Source: Chiloscyllium plagiosum
Lineage: Eukaryota
Length of the DNA: 64,000 bases
Assembly: GCF_004010195.1 (NCBI RefSeq)
Contig: NC_057724.1
Span: 28,696,983-28,760,982, forward strand
Reading direction: 5' to 3'
The notes under the pieces are model-generated. The model ran no database searches and had not been told where the DNA came from. It was given only the letters and a program-made list of their open reading frames with translations. A program made the translations under genes and the position numbers. Shown piece by piece: positions 1 to 13,332 of this stretch. Positions within the stretch are counted from its first letter, which is position 1. Every line of letters starts with the position of its first letter.

Positions 1-945
1 AGTCAATGGAATTGTAATGGATATTGGCGAACAGTGTATCTGCAGAAATGGAAACAGAAAAGTCAAGTAAGGGAATACTCAGAGGTGAAACAGGTGAGCG
101 TGAAAGGAGAATGGAAATTGGGGACAAAATTAATTCATTTTGCCAATTCTGGATGAGACCAGGAAGCAACCAGAAAAAGAGTTATGAGGGGGCCTGAGTA
201 AGACTAGAACAAGGATGGTACCACATACCCTACAAAGACACCCATAAACATATCTTTGACTTGGAGGAACTGGAATGAATCAAAGGTGAAATTGTTCAAT
301 GTGACAATGAGCTCAGCTGGATGATAGAGAGTGGTGCAGGATGTAGAGTTTTTGAACCCCTTTCAAGGAAGAAATGCAGACCTTCTAGGTCATTATGATG
401 AGTATCCTATTTCCTTCTTTCTCTCACCTTCATTTGATCCATCTCTGATTCTACAGTGACCACTTTGTGGAACACTTTTACTCTCTGTGAGAATGACTCT
501 GACGCTGGCCTTCCAGTTGCTTGCCATTTCAATACGATCTTGTTCGCATGTCAGCAATTCCATCCTTAGCCTGTTGGAGTGTTCTAGTGAAGTGTAAAGC
601 AAGCTGGAGGAACAGCACATTGCAATGAGGCACTTCACAATGTCCAAGACTCAACATTAAGTTCAGCAATTTTAGAACAAGAGCAGTATTCCTTGTGATT
701 ATACCATCACACCCCCCCAACTCTCCTTTGACTGTTCACACCTATGATTAACACTATTTTGCTTTCGATTTATCCTTTACAACAGTTAGCATTCCCCATG
801 TATTTTGCACTAGGCTCCATCCTCCATCTATCTGTTCCACATGCTCTGTTGTTTCACAGTTTCTTTCAGCTCTAAAGAAGAATCATTGGACATGAAATGT
901 AAACTCGCTGTCCAGAGATATTGCCAGACTTGTTGGGTTTCTCTA
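1..945. mobile_element. Decayed Penelope-like (Neptune-type) fragments: minus-strand part 1-400, plus-strand 3' end with pseudo-LTR about 480-945
   Basis: caagctggaggaacagcacatt...gactcaacattaagttcagcaattttaga resembles 12180-12270 and 16420-16505; degenerate hammerhead/pLTR at about 860-945. Confidence 0.55.
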
Positions 946-1379
946 ATACTTGACACAACGGGCAGAAAACCCTCCTTTTGCGCTATAACATTTCTGTGAT
1001 TCTATGACTTTTTGTTTTTATTACCTTTCACTATTCTTTTTCTAAAATAATTGTCAGTGGGACTATTCCGTTTAGGAAAACTTTTCGGCATGGATGAATT
1101 GGACGAAAGGGTCTATTTCTGTGCTATCTGACATTATGACTCTAAGAATGGAACCAGGCAAATACTTCCTACTTCAGTGAACTAATAATCATTAAAGTTA
1201 CAAATGAAATTTAATAAAACTTATTTTGGTACTGAGGTAGGAGCAACAAACTGATTGGAGGAATTTGCAGGAAAGTTGGGCATTGATTTATGAGGAGACA
1301 GCAAATTCTAGGACTTTGAAGACAAGGGGTCAGTGCCTGAGGACAAAACTATTCACAACAATATTAACTACCATTGGAG

Positions 1380-1920
1380 CCAGGAAGAGAGGTAGGGTAG
1401 CCAATTAGTAGGAATAGAATTCGGGGAGAAAGAAATTTACAGTTTTGTGGAGAAGATAAGAACAAGGGGATATGGGGACAAATGATCAAAAGCTTAGTCG
1501 AAGAGGTAAACTTTAAAGAGTGTCTTAAATTAGAGAGAGAAGTGGAATGGTTCACAAGGGGAATTCCAGAGCTTAGGGCCCTGGACAGTGGAAGAGATGG
1601 TCATGTGTGGTGGAACAATTTAAATTGGAAATGTGCTAGAGGCCACAGTTGATTGTAATGCAGAGATCTGGGATGATTGTAGGCCTGGAGGAGAGGGGTG
1701 CTGAGTTAGAATATAGACACCAGGAGCTACGATGAGCTCAGGTTTATCAGGAAAACGGTGGTGAGACTGGTCAGGAGAACATTTGGAATAGTCAAATTTA
1801 GTGTTACAAATACATGATTAAGGGTTCAAGAGCAGCTGAGTTTAGTCAATCAGATGATACCATAAATGTGGAAGCAACTGGTCTTACCGATGGTACAGAT
1901 ATACAGCTGTTAGCACAGCT
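1380..1920 (-). mobile_element. Old L2-like LINE 3' fragment
   Basis: Purine-rich segment similar to 59870-60300 (aaagcttagtcgaagaggtaaactttaaagagtgtctta vs aactaggtcaaagaaatgaattttgaggagatgttta). Confidence 0.4.
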
Positions 1921-2839
1921 CACAGGCTAAATTTGGCTTTTTATTTGCTAAGTCTAGTAAGACCCCCTTTTTGGTTTGACATTGCTCCAGAACACCATCT
2001 TGAATACACTCAAAATAATCACTACCTTCTGACACAAGCTACTTTATCCTTCCAGAGCTATACCAACCTGAGTTATTGCTGACATAGGACTAGTTAGTGG
2101 ATATGGTCCAGGAAACTTCATGCTTCACCTAACCAGTGCTTAACTTAATTTCTGATTTCTTGATAATAGAGTATTGATGGAATCTTTCTTGGAATTAAAC
2201 ATTCCTGAGTTGAGTCAGAATATGGATTAAGCAGTGACATTAGATGACACAGTACAAAGTATTCTCTGAGGGTAATATCCTTTAGTCAAGCATATTCACA
2301 AAACGTACACTGGAATTTGTAGTTGTATGCTGGTGTATAGTGTTGTCAAATTTCTGCAATATGACAGCAAGTGTGAAAAACTTTCCCCTGCAATTCAGCA
2401 AGCACACAATTCATTGCCTCAAACAAGCAATTTGGGGAACATGACCAGGGAAATTGTAAACTTGCTCCTGTGTACAGCAAATTAAATGGCCAAACCTGAC
2501 CTTTTCCTTTCCAGTTGGTCCTTTCTCTCCTCCTCCAAAAGTCTTTGTACTTCGAGTTACTTCGCTCATGGAGATTTTTGTATAAATCTGAGGGTGGAAT
2601 GTAGATTACTGAACCGCTGAGGATATCGTAACCGTGCCTCATCTCCTTTTCAGTTCATGTCTGAACATTTACACTATCAGTAGGGATCATCGAATTGTGA
2701 ACCAAGATTAGGAAGTCAAGATAATTTTCACCTCTGCCTCCTATTTCAGAGTGCTAAAGCTAATTGTTGTGTACCATGTGCCACTCTAACTGAGAGCAGA
2801 TAAACAATACAGAATGGAAGATTAAACTTGACATCCTTT

Positions 2840-3200
2840 TGAATTTTTTTTTGCATTTGTGGTATGTGGGTACTGGTGCCAAGACAGGAATTTATCGCGT
2901 ATCCCAAATTACTATTGAGATTATTGCCCATTTGTAATTGCTGTTGTAATGTGTCTTCTTGGCAATGGAATACTTATTAGGTGATTTTGGAGGGCAGTGA
3001 ACTATGTTGCTGTGAGTTCAGTAGGTCAGATCAGGCAAAGCAGCAGATTTCCTTTCTAAAACGATTACAGTGTATCAGATGGATGTTTAGTAACCATCTG
3101 GTCACCATTTTTGTTTAGATTAATTTGAATTGAAATTTCTCAGCAGCAGTGGTGGTATATGAACTCCTTTTATTAATCCAGGCCTCTAGTATACCTAATC
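2840..3200 (-). mobile_element. Old SINE-like repeat (same family as 9415-9750 and 51940-52150)
   Basis: Shared blocks: atccc(a/t)aatt, ttgctgtgagt, gcag(a/t)tt(t)cctttc, ttgaatt(g/c)aaatt. Confidence 0.5.
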
Positions 3201-3605
3201 ACTTTCTGAATGACTGGCACAGCCCATTTTTCCCCTTCTGTTTTGTACCAGTATATGTGAATTTATACTCTTGAAAGCAGCCAGTGGAGGAAGATCCAAA
3301 CAATTCTTGCAGTATGAAAATATATTTTCAGCAGCCTTGGGGAGGAATGACTTTTTCTTTGCTCACCTGCAGGGTATACTTGAGTTTTTTCTTCAAGTAT
3401 ACTTAGTGTTAATCCCTCAGATCAGGAACCTGTATGGCTTTAGGTTCGCTAGTGTGGACAAGACATTTAAGTAAAATGTACAGAATATTAACTGTGAGAC
3501 ACTTTTTTTGATCTGTTAAAAGGTGAAGTAATTAATAATGGTAATGTGAATTTGATAAAATTGAAGATTCGTTTCAAATGTAAACCTTTTCTCTTTTTTT
3601 AAAAG

Positions 3606-4160
3606 ATGGCGTTCTGGAAGGAATATACCAGCAGTTTGTACACAACCCCCAGCAACAACTCTGGCCTGCGTGTGGAGCGCACTGATGCAATCTATGTTGT
3701 CGTTCCTCTCCTGGGTGTAGCATTATTAATTGTTATTGCACTCTTTGTGATATGGAGGTGTCAGCTGCAAAAGGCAACTCGACGCCGCCCAACGTACTCT
3801 CAGAGCAGGTATCTGACAAGCCGCACGACACGGAGCCTGCCTCGAGTCCTTGTGCATCGGGAAACATCACACACTCAGACAGACACATCTCATCATGAGC
3901 AGAGCAGCAGACCTCCTTTAGACCGCAGTGAGCCCAGTGGCCCACCATCAAACAGAACTCTTTATGCACAGGAACAATCTGCATCAGTCTCTTCTAGACT
4001 GTCCAATGCCACTCCCCCACCTTCCTATGAAGAGGTTACTGGACATGTGGAAAGCAGTGGGGAGGAGACAAGCACACCATACAGTGACCCACCTCCAAAA
4101 TATGAAGAGATTGTTAGAGTGCATCCTGCTGTATCATCCCAGAACACCACTAATAAGTAA
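3606..4160 (+). CDS. PRRG3: Last coding exon of proline-rich Gla protein 3 (transmembrane gamma-carboxyglutamic acid protein 3): Gla aromatic stack end, TM helix, cytoplasmic tail with two PPxY motifs
   Basis: Polypyrimidine tract plus AG (3604-3605) lies directly before the ATG, so this Met is probably internal (MAFWKEY = Gla-domain FWxxY stack). DAIYVVVPLLGVALLIVIALFVIWRCQLQKATR is nearly identical to human PRRG3 as recalled. PPPSYEEV and DPPPKYEEIV motifs; TAA at 4158-4160. Upstream Gla exons were not seen in the window. Confidence 0.93.
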   Translation: MAFWKEYTSSLYTTPSNNSGLRVERTDAIYVVVPLLGVALLIVIALFVIWRCQLQKATRRRPTYSQSRYLTSRTTRSLPRVLVHRETSHTQTDTSHHEQSSRPPLDRSEPSGPPSNRTLYAQEQSASVSSRLSNATPPPSYEEVTGHVESSGEETSTPYSDPPPKYEEIVRVHPAVSSQNTTNK

Positions 4161-6707
4161 TTTGCTGGGCATTTGAGAGAACTGAATCAGTGATGATAGC
4201 ATGTTGATGTGAGTGACCTCCTGCTTTCAGCCAACAGTCTCTACCTGCAGTTACTTGAGTAAAATTGACTTCCAGAAAACATGCAAGTATCCAGGTCAGG
4301 TGATCCACTCAAATAAAGCAAACGTTTAATTAGATGAGGAAGCCAATGAAAATCAGTGACTTTTTGAAATTGTGTTGTGCTTTCTCAGTCTAGGAGGTTT
4401 GTCTGTGTAGAGACATGGGAATCAATTTACCCAGCAATTCATTTATGCAGGGTAAAGGAGGTGCTTTGCCCCCTTAAGTGCATGAAAATATCCCAACTGT
4501 AGCCAAATTAAATTGGAAAAATAGGCTGAATCAGCAGTGTGACTCCATGTTACGACTGTAGTGATGGAAATTGCCAAATTGGTAATTGTTACATGTGATC
4601 CTATTTCTTTATTAATACAGCACCACTGCCGATTGTGTCGTATTTTCACATTACTCACAAGGCTTGTACACAAGCATGAAGGGTAAATGCTGTTAGAGTC
4701 TTAAGAAAATGCAGTGGCCTTGATCAGTCCTTTGTTTGGGATCTGCAATGTATTTTAGTTTAAGCACAGAAGAGAAGGTATGCCTTATAAGCAGACTTCT
4801 GCTTCCTCAGTTTATACTTGAAATAAACTTCAGGGAATGGGACAAAATTCATATTATTGGTTAAGAAATCTTCCACAGGCACATAGTGTAAAGTGACAAC
4901 CCGCAATGCCACACTTGGGGGAGTTTTGTCCAATATCCCTGTTCTTTGCTCTGATCAGCTGTGGTTTGAAATTCAGAATAATTTTTAAAAATCCTGATGA
5001 CTGCTTGATAATACACAGCTAAATTTGTGCTCATGAAGGCTGCATATTTACCAGTCTGACAGGGATAAGTGCTTGCTGGGATAATTGATGTTATTTGGAA
5101 AATTTCTAATGAATATGAAACTTAAATATTGATAGTATATTATTACTTATTTATCAAAATGGGAATTGATCTATATCATTTTGTTCCGCATTTTTATTGA
5201 ATTTTGAAAAAAAACTGAAAGTGTGAATGTCTGCTTATTAAGCATTGAGGAAATAGAAATGGATGATTGCATGTTTCACAAAGGTGATATTGAAATTCTG
5301 TACAATTTTTTTGTTGTTGAAGAGTGAAAACAAATAGTCATAACCATCTTCACTGATCCAGGAATCCTAATTGATCCTCTAGACTCTTTCAGAGATTGAA
5401 ATTTCACATGGTAATGTGCCAACAAAATGTGTCATATCATTTTGGGTCAGTAAATTATGTTTACTGAAGAATTAGTAAAGCACTACAGTTTACTTTAGTG
5501 ATTGGATAAAGATTTTACCACTTTTTTTTTGTTACTGAATCTCTCAGATGTTCAGGTGGGAAACCTACATGAAGGTAAGTTAAATCCTTCAATCAGTGAT
5601 TCATAGTCATGTAAAATATGGCTTCAAAATAACTGGAAAAATATGGACTTTGTATCATGACTGCAATTTAATAAAGAGCCTCCTCCCATTCAGTAAGGAT
5701 TCCATTGGAGAAGCTTCTTGCCATCCAAATGTAGTGGGCCTTGGATTCGTCCATGGTATTTTACCACCTTTAGAAACTGTTCAGCAATTGAACTTCTTAA
5801 CAGCTGTTTCCTAGCATCCTTGTTAAGGTGGTCTGATTGATTCTAGGAATGTATTCATAATGAAAAAACTAGTAATTTGACTTTCTCGTTAAAATTCTTA
5901 TCTGTGTTTAAATCACTTTTTGCCTGACCAGTCCTACCTTGGAAACGAATTCTGTAAGCCTATTCTGTCTACCTTTCCAATTTATATGCATCGTTCCTTG
6001 ACTGATTCCCTTTAATGGGGAGAAGTACCTTTTAGTAGTCAAGCTCCAGTGGTTTGGAGGAATGCCCTCCCTCTCTTTTTTGGAGAGGCATTCCTCAAAA
6101 CTCAGCCCTTTGACAAAGTTTTTATTCACCCCCCTACCAGTTTCTCATTCGTCTTGACATTCCCAGTTCATCTGTTTACATTACTGTGAAGCACCTGGCT
6201 TTTTTCTTTGCATTAAAAAGATTATTCAGTTGGTGCATCATGTAGTGTACTTCATTTAGAGAGTAATTGATTTTTTTATCTCATTTCTGTTCTTGAATTA
6301 TTTTCCCACATTCAACCTGTCTCACAGCTTACTTTATCCTTTTTTTGGCCCTTCGCAAAACCACTATTCTTGAATGATTTGGGGAAAAGAAATGGAAATT
6401 TGACCAGAACTCATAAATATAAAAATATAAACATTACATAATTAAATTTCACTTTTTAAAAAATCTATTACAGTACAGAATTAAAATGCTGTTGGATTGG
6501 ATGGTGGCTGGGCTACCTTCCTTTCCTATTGCATTCATTTTAAAAAATTAACATAACCACATAAATTTTAACGTATTTCAAAACTAATTTCTTAGTGCTT
6601 TGTGCATTGTGAAATGATTGAAGTGTGCCCTACTTCAAACACTCTTGTGGATGTTAATGGTAGTGGCACCTGACGTGATTCCTTTCTAGAATTGTGTTGC
6701 GTGGATC

Positions 6708-6713
6708 AATAAA
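6708..6713 (+). terminator. Candidate distal polyadenylation signal of the PRRG3 3' UTR
   Basis: AATAAA followed by a GT/T-rich tract, ending about 2.5 kb of AT-rich, largely repeat-free sequence after the stop. Other AATAAA hexamers occur earlier, so the site is not unique. Confidence 0.45.
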
Positions 6714-9414
6714 GTTGTTTTTTTTTGAAAAAAAGTCTGTTTGAGATTCGGTATGCGCTAAAGTCCACTGAATGCTAATAAAATATAATTATGGCATCAC
6801 AGACGCAATTTCTTGTACTTGATCTTTGGTGCTACTTCACAACTTTGAAAATACACACATCTCTTACTTGAGCAGCTGAAAATAAATATTTTTCTGTTAA
6901 TTTCTGACACTACCAGTTGAAAACTGTAACACTGTTTAATTTGAATTAAAAACCACTTAGAAATTAGATTCAAAAGATAGGAAATAGCAGAATTAGTACA
7001 TAAGATTCATTTTAGTTTACATGGTGAAATTGGAGATTGGATGGTGGACTTGAATTTTGCTTCTTTTCAATTTGTGCAGTGAGATTAGTTAAAGTGACTA
7101 TAATGCTTGTCAATTTTTGAAGCAGTATATTTTATGATCCTTTCAGAATGTGGAAGAGTTGGAAATAAGAAGTTGGTGCAATAATTATTTTGGACAAAGG
7201 TAGTGAGCAAGTTAATATAAAGTGCCAGATGGTGCTTTATTATCCGCAGAATCAAGACATTTACTTTTAATGTAGAATTCCAGCTTTTTGGTCTTTGAAA
7301 ATCTCAGCGGCAGAATAGTCCACAAATTGTATTTTGTGCCTAGTTAATATGTACTAAAACACACAGATGTAGAATGTGGATCCGAAATAAAGCTTGTTCA
7401 TAATCTGGTATTTTACACTCCATGATGAGGAAAGACGAGCATTTTGAGCTAATTACTTTCCTTGATGGAGAGTAACAGAAACCATTTGGAAAGAGTCCTC
7501 TTTGATCTATTTCCTTACCAACCACTGGTGGCTTGTGGCTAGGATAGCTTGCTGCCACTAGTCTTTATTTCTACTCTCCTTCAAATTTGAATCAGGTTAA
7601 CAGCTCCTAGTAGGATAGCAGGACAAAAACAATATCAAATGGTCAACCAAAACGGAAATCTACCAAAATCAAATCAAAATGTGGGCGATGATGAACCCCA
7701 GTCCTTGCCTCCCCAGCAGCAACTACAAAGTCCTCGGCTGTGCCTGCAGACACGTCGTGCTCCCCCTTGAAGGACACCAGAGAGGGACTTGACCACAGAA
7801 GAAGGGCAGACAGTGAGGTACTATGACCCTGTTCACGACTCTCTCCCTGGACGTGTTGATAGCCATTTTGGCCAGATCCAGGAGCAGGGCTGTGATTTGG
7901 TTTCCCGCCTATCTGCTCCCACTCTTACCTTCCCACACGGGTTGCCCATATAGTAGGAACCTAGAGATTAAGTGCAACCAAACTTTTTAAATCAGTCCCT
8001 TTTAAAAACTAAACTGGCTTGATTCGCTGTGTGTTTTTGACAGAGTACCACAGTCAGAAGATTGTGGATGGCTCTTACTGCATACTGTGGACATTAACCA
8101 GACACCCCTTACTGCCAAGTACATGACATCATCCAGCCTGCCCATCCAACATGTCCCAGTATTACTCTTTTGGTTATTGAAAATCTACAGACCTGGTGGA
8201 GAAACTTTTCAAATTAAAATTAAAGTTATCCCGAGTGATACACTCCAGCCACATCGCCTGTCTATGCTGAACTCAGATCCTGTCAAATTTTACGTGGGTG
8301 GACAGAAGATAGACTCCTACAGAGTTTTGGCAAGAAGAGAATCTTATTTTACATAACAAAACGTAGTTTGCTGCATGAAAGCACCAGGTACAAATAATCT
8401 TAACTAGTTTGGTATAACTATCTTTAACCATGCACATCACATCTGTCTCCATTGGAACCCTGTGCAAGACAAACTGTTTCTCCACTCAGAGACTCTGTGA
8501 CATCATCAGGTTGGACAGAGCTAATACAAGTTCTCTTTCTGAATCATTATTTGGAACATCTCTCCCTACCCGCGCCCCCCACCTCACTTCCCACAACCTT
8601 TTTTCCTCTGTTAACAATTAGATATTGATGTACAAAGCTGTTTTATTATTTCCCATTATCCCATCTACCTGCATGTTTCTGACTTCTCAAATTCAGAGAG
8701 TCTGGATATTTCACAATTCTTCCAAATGCACATTTCCTTTAGACTTGGAAGATCTGTGGATCTTTTGCTCAAGGATCATTGCGTGTAATTCTGATTCTCT
8801 GTAAATTATTTCTCCACTAGAGGATCCTTTATCTCTTTGTCCTTCGTGGAGAATGTACCTCCTATTGAAGCTGATAGATGGTCCAATATCTTATCTGAGG
8901 ATCCTTAATCACCAAATTTAATCCATTTTCAGGTGACCTCTTCTCTGCTAACTCAAGTTAGAAGTCTATAATGTCATCTGAGGGACTTTTAATCTCATGA
9001 ATATCCATTATGGAAGATGGCAGCTGAGTTGAATCTGGCATTTGAATCCTCACTGTACACTGGTTTCTGGACAAAGCAATTGCTTTTTAATTTGGACATA
9101 GATTCTCTTTTTGTGAAGTACTCTGCATATCCAGACCAGCAATTTCTTATTTTTGACCATGTCCTGAATCTGTGGATGTTGGCATGTCCAACATAGCTTA
9201 AGTAAATCTTTCCTCTCAATCTGCTGATATACCCATGTCAAAATGTACAAGCTGTCCACCCCAACTTGATGATTGAGTTGGATGTCTTCATTCACCCTTT
9301 CTAGTGAACTAGATATTTTCAGATCACTAGTTACTGTCTGGAGGATTGCTGTTCACTCATCGCTATCTTTGTCACTGCCACTGACCAGTTCTGATTTGAG
9401 GAACAATGGATTTG

Positions 9415-9750
9415 TTTTTATTCATTCACAGGATGTTGCCATCACTAACTAGGCAATCATCCCTAATTGCCCAGAAGGCAACCACATTGCTGTGAGTCTG
9501 GAGTCATGTTGGCCAAACCAAGTAACAATGGCAGTTTCCTTTCCTCAGGGAGGACAATAATTAATTGGACGATATTTTTCTGACAATGGACAATAATTTC
9601 ATGGTTGTCATTAGACTCTTAATTCCAGATTTTTAATAAAAAATTGAATTCAAATTCTACAGTCTGCCATGGCTGGATTAAACCCAGGTCATGTTACCTA
9701 CGTCTTTGAATTAATAGTCGAGCAGTAATACCACTAGATCATCACTTCCT
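9415..9750 (-). mobile_element. SINE-like repeat inserted in the Gypsy relic
   Basis: tttattcattcac tail, caaccacattgctgtgagtctggagtca core, and ggattaaacccagg (reverse B-box-like). Confidence 0.55.
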
Positions 9751-10614
9751 TTCTTTGAGAATGAGAAGCATTTCCTCCAGTCCTGTAAAATTTCTAACTA
9801 CTTCCTGTTGACAGTATGAAACAGTTTTCTTGCACCAATGTAGCTAGTCTCACTGGACTCTTTCTATTGTTTGTGCTCTCATGAGTCTTATGAGTCTAGG
9901 AATCATAATGATATTATCTACTGGTTCACCTTGATGACTTTGTTTCTGAACTGTTTGTTCTCTTGTCTCACAGCTGCTGCTGCCAGAAAGTGATTGAGGC
10001 CAAGACATGCATGTAGGTTCAAAAGTGTGTGTTTTTTTGTGAACCACATACATATTTTCAATTCTCGTATGCTGTTTGTCTTACATTGTTATTTGTAGCA
10101 TACTTTGGTTCAAGTGGGACAACTATAAAGAACAATGTAGTTTCATCTGGTTAGGCTGTAACCTCTGTTTTTTCACCCATAGCATTTGATGTGGTAGGAT
10201 AGTGAAATTCATTCCTTTATCAAGTCTAAAATTAATAACGTTGGCATAGATTTGCTCTATAAAAGTCAAATCAGTTGAATGACTACTTTCATTTAAGACA
10301 GTAATTTCTCCCAGGAATGCCTTGGATATCTTTTCTAATTGAGGTACATCATCTAAGATGTTTTTTTCCTCATAATGGTCAATAAACTTATTTAGCCTCT
10401 TTGTAAGTCTCAACTCTTTGCTGTTCTAAAACTGTGTCTTACTTTGGCACATCTTCTGGAAGTGACCTGCAGACTTGTAGATGTCACATTCTTTTGTCAG
10501 GGCTGGGCATTTTCTGTACCCGATGAGATTTTGTTTTTTCACAGCACTGACACTGACTTGTGGTACCTACTGTGTTCACTTGTCATATGCCTCTTTTGTG
10601 TCTCTACCTTTAGT

Positions 10615-10820
10615 GATCATAACAAGGTCAGTCAGCTGGATCTCATAGAATATGAGTTCCCTAACTGGATCAGAATGACAGCTCCAATCAGGGAAATTGG
10701 GCAGACAGGTAAAAAGAAGAGTGTCAGATTCTGGAGTTCTAAGAGCTGACTCTGAAAGAGGCAATACTAGAGTCAAGAACTCTTCATGTGTAAATAAAAG
10801 GTGATTTTGGAGACCAGTGG
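10615..10820 (+). mobile_element. Solo LTR-like fragment
   Basis: CCAATCAGGG, then TATA-like gtaaaaag, then AATAAA at about 10793 in LTR order; opposite strand to the surrounding Gypsy relic. Confidence 0.45.
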
Positions 10821-11189
10821 AATGGGAGTGGCATGGGAGACTGACATCATTTCAGTACCTTATGGCAAATACGTGTATTGCTTTTGAGGTTTAGTTGTTC
10901 TTCCTCTTATAAGGATCTTTCGAGAGTTCTTCTGCTTTCTGCTTTCAACACGATTTGAATGTCTTCCTCGAAAGTTAAATTTCCTTGGGCTGCAAAAAAT
11001 CTAACAAAGACTCAGCAATAATTCCAAAACCAATTCAGACTCTTATGAATTCTGATTCCAGAGCTCCATGTTTACAGTTTTTCATTAATCTGCAAATGCC
11101 ATTCATGAAATCATCTCCAGGTATCCCTGGAAACTGAGCTCCTCTGTTAAATCCTGCTATTTCAACTGACTCCCACAGTTACCTTGATT

Positions 11190-12595
11190 ATACATCTGAC
11201 ACCTTGCTTCCTATAAAGACTCTATTCCATTCTCACAGTTTCTCCATCTCTGTTGCACCTGTTCTGATGATGCTACCTTCAACAAGGGAGTCTCCAAAAT
11301 GTCCACCTTCTTCCCCAACCAATGATTTCCCCAGCACCATCATTGACAGAACCATCAGTCAGGTCGGACCTGTCTCCCACACTTCAGCCCTCATCCCCTC
11401 TCTTCCCTCCACAACAGTGATAGGATCCCCCTTATCCTCACCTACGATCCAACCAGCTTCCAAATCCAGAGGATTATTAACCAGTATTTCCACCACTTCC
11501 AGTGGAATGCCACTACGAGACACCTATTCCCCTCTGCTCCCTTGTCAGCCTTTCACAAGGATTAATCCTTCCAGGACATGCTGGTCCACTTCTCCTTTAT
11601 TCCCATCAACTCACTCTCACACACTCTCTCANNNNNNNNNNNNNNNNNNNNNNNNNNNNNNNNNNNNNNNNNNNNNNNNNNNNNNNNNNNNNNNNNNNNN
11701 NNNNNNNNNNNNNNNNNNNNNNNNNNNNNNNNNNNNNNNNNNNNNNNNNNNNNNNNNNNNNNNNNNNNNNNNNNNNNNNNNNNNNNNNNNNNNNNNNCAC
11801 ACTCTCGCACACACTCTCGCTCACACTCTCGCTCACACTCTCGCACACACTCTCGCTCACACTCTCACACACTTTCTTAGACTCCCTCACTCTCACACAC
11901 AGCACCCCAACCCTTCCCCTTCCCCTGCAATTGCAGAAAGTGTAACACCTGTCCATTTACTTCCTCCCTCCTCAGTATGCAAGGCCCCAAACACACCTTC
12001 CAGGTGTAGCAGTGTTTTACCTGCACTTCATTCAATCTAGTCTACTGCACTCGCTGCTTACAATGTAGTCTTCTCTACATTGTGGAAACCAAGCTTAGAC
12101 TGGGTGACCATTGCGCAGAACACCTATGCCAACCACTTCAACATACCACCTTGTTCTCTGGCCAACATCTTTTTTCTCAGGCTCATTGCAGTGCTCCAGC
12201 ATAGCCCTATTTCCACTTAGTAACTCTACAGCCTTCTGGACTCAATATCTAAGTGAACAATTTTAGGACTTGCACCTTCTCCCATGTCCTTACCACAAAC
12301 CCCACACACCAGGCCTTGTTATCACATGGTCTGTTATTCCACACAAACCACTCTTGTCTCCGTTAATATTTATTCATTCAGCTAGGCTGTCCAACTATTC
12401 TTCTTCTTTGGGCTCCATCTCCACTTATCATTTACTCCTTGCCTCCTTCCAGACACCCTATCTTCTGCATAAAACCAACATTTTCCTAGCTACCATCAGT
12501 TCTGAGGAAGGATCACTGGACCCGAAATGGTAACTCTGATTCCTCTCCACAGATGCTGCCAGACCTGCTAAGCTTTTTCAGCAATTTCTGTTTTT
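11190..12595 (+). mobile_element. Penelope-like (Neptune-type) 3' half: GIY-YIG endonuclease relic and pseudo-LTR with hammerhead motif
   Basis: LVYCTRCLQCSLLYIVETKLRLGDHCAEHL at about 12037-12125; agttCTGAGGAaggatcactggacccGAAAtggtaact at 12498-12535; followed by acagatgctgccagacctgct. Confidence 0.8.
11610..11875. repeat. (CACACTCTCGCT/CA)-type 12-bp simple repeat spanning assembly gap 11632-11797
   Basis: Directly visible tandem units on both sides of the N run. Confidence 0.85.
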
Positions 12596-12639
12596 CCTTC
12601 AAGGATTCTCCTGGTCCTAAGACCAAAATAATGATCATA

Positions 12640-13320
12640 AGATGATACAAGTGCTTTCTTTGATATTTTATAATTTATAACTACTATAAAACCCATGGAA
12701 TGCAATGATATATTAAATTGTTCAGCTTCAGATTTTATATTTTAATTTTGAAATGTTTCTGTATCTTAAAAATCCCCACCCCTCCGAGGATATCTATTCC
12801 TGTGTATTGTCTTGTGCATCTTTAATATTAAATCATTTTGGAAATATTTCTTCCTCACATTTATTTATTCTTATCCATTTAAAGCTGTTTTAAACCTGTA
12901 GCATCTTAAAGCTGTTTGTATTCTGCTGCCTTCAAGCTTGTCTTAAGGTTTTCTTTAATCTTTTAAACTCTGTATTACAGCAATACTGTATGATATTCTT
13001 CCAATAAAGCTTTAAGTTCTAATAACTATTGATTACTTCTGTCAAGCTTCAACTTCTGCTAAATAGTAATAATCTATCTTTTTGTATTTCTTACTGGGGG
13101 ATTCCTCACCTTTTTGAATACTCAAAATGGTGGTTGCCATCTTCTGGGGACTCCCACCTTTTGCAATTAATATGGAGGTTTTCCTGCTTCTTCCTGGATA
13201 AAATGAATACTTTCAAATTAATGTAATAAAATGCCATTCCAGACCCAAACATACAGCAGATTAGTTATTCTGTTTTTTTTTAAAATGTCTTTGACCGTGG
13301 CCTTAATAAATCTTCCAACT
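12640..13320 (-). mobile_element. Very decayed L1/Tx1-like RT fragment
   Basis: Minus-strand remnants (VPRRWQ...KKVRNP; later motifs resembling TGF and KAF) in the order of LINE RT N-terminal domains; weak. Confidence 0.35.
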
Positions 13321-13332
13321 GAAATCATGGTT

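Larger units (their letters stand above)
8000..11190 (-). mobile_element. Heavily decayed Ty3/Gypsy internal region (gag-protease-RT-integrase relics), interrupted by younger inserts
   Basis: Minus-strand VEIAGFNRGAQFPGIPGDDFMNGICRLMKNCKHGALESEFIRV*IGFGI (gag-like, about 11020-11170) and AFLGEI...INFRLDKG (degenerate aspartic protease D-T-G, about 10215-10320); many stops and frameshifts. Confidence 0.6.

Noticed and set aside
3606-4160. Treating the 184-aa ORF as a complete single-exon gene
   Set aside because: The ATG follows a strong splice acceptor and matches an internal Met at the end of the PRRG3 Gla domain.
8995-10413. Possible endogenous RNA-virus gene fragments on the minus strand
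   Set aside because: Neighbouring gag-like and protease-like motifs fit a decayed Gypsy retrotransposon better; no viral polymerase motif seen.
11204-12040. Long ORFs of 278 aa and overlapping frames
   Set aside because: Off-frame readings of a Penelope relic, inflated by an N gap and a simple repeat.
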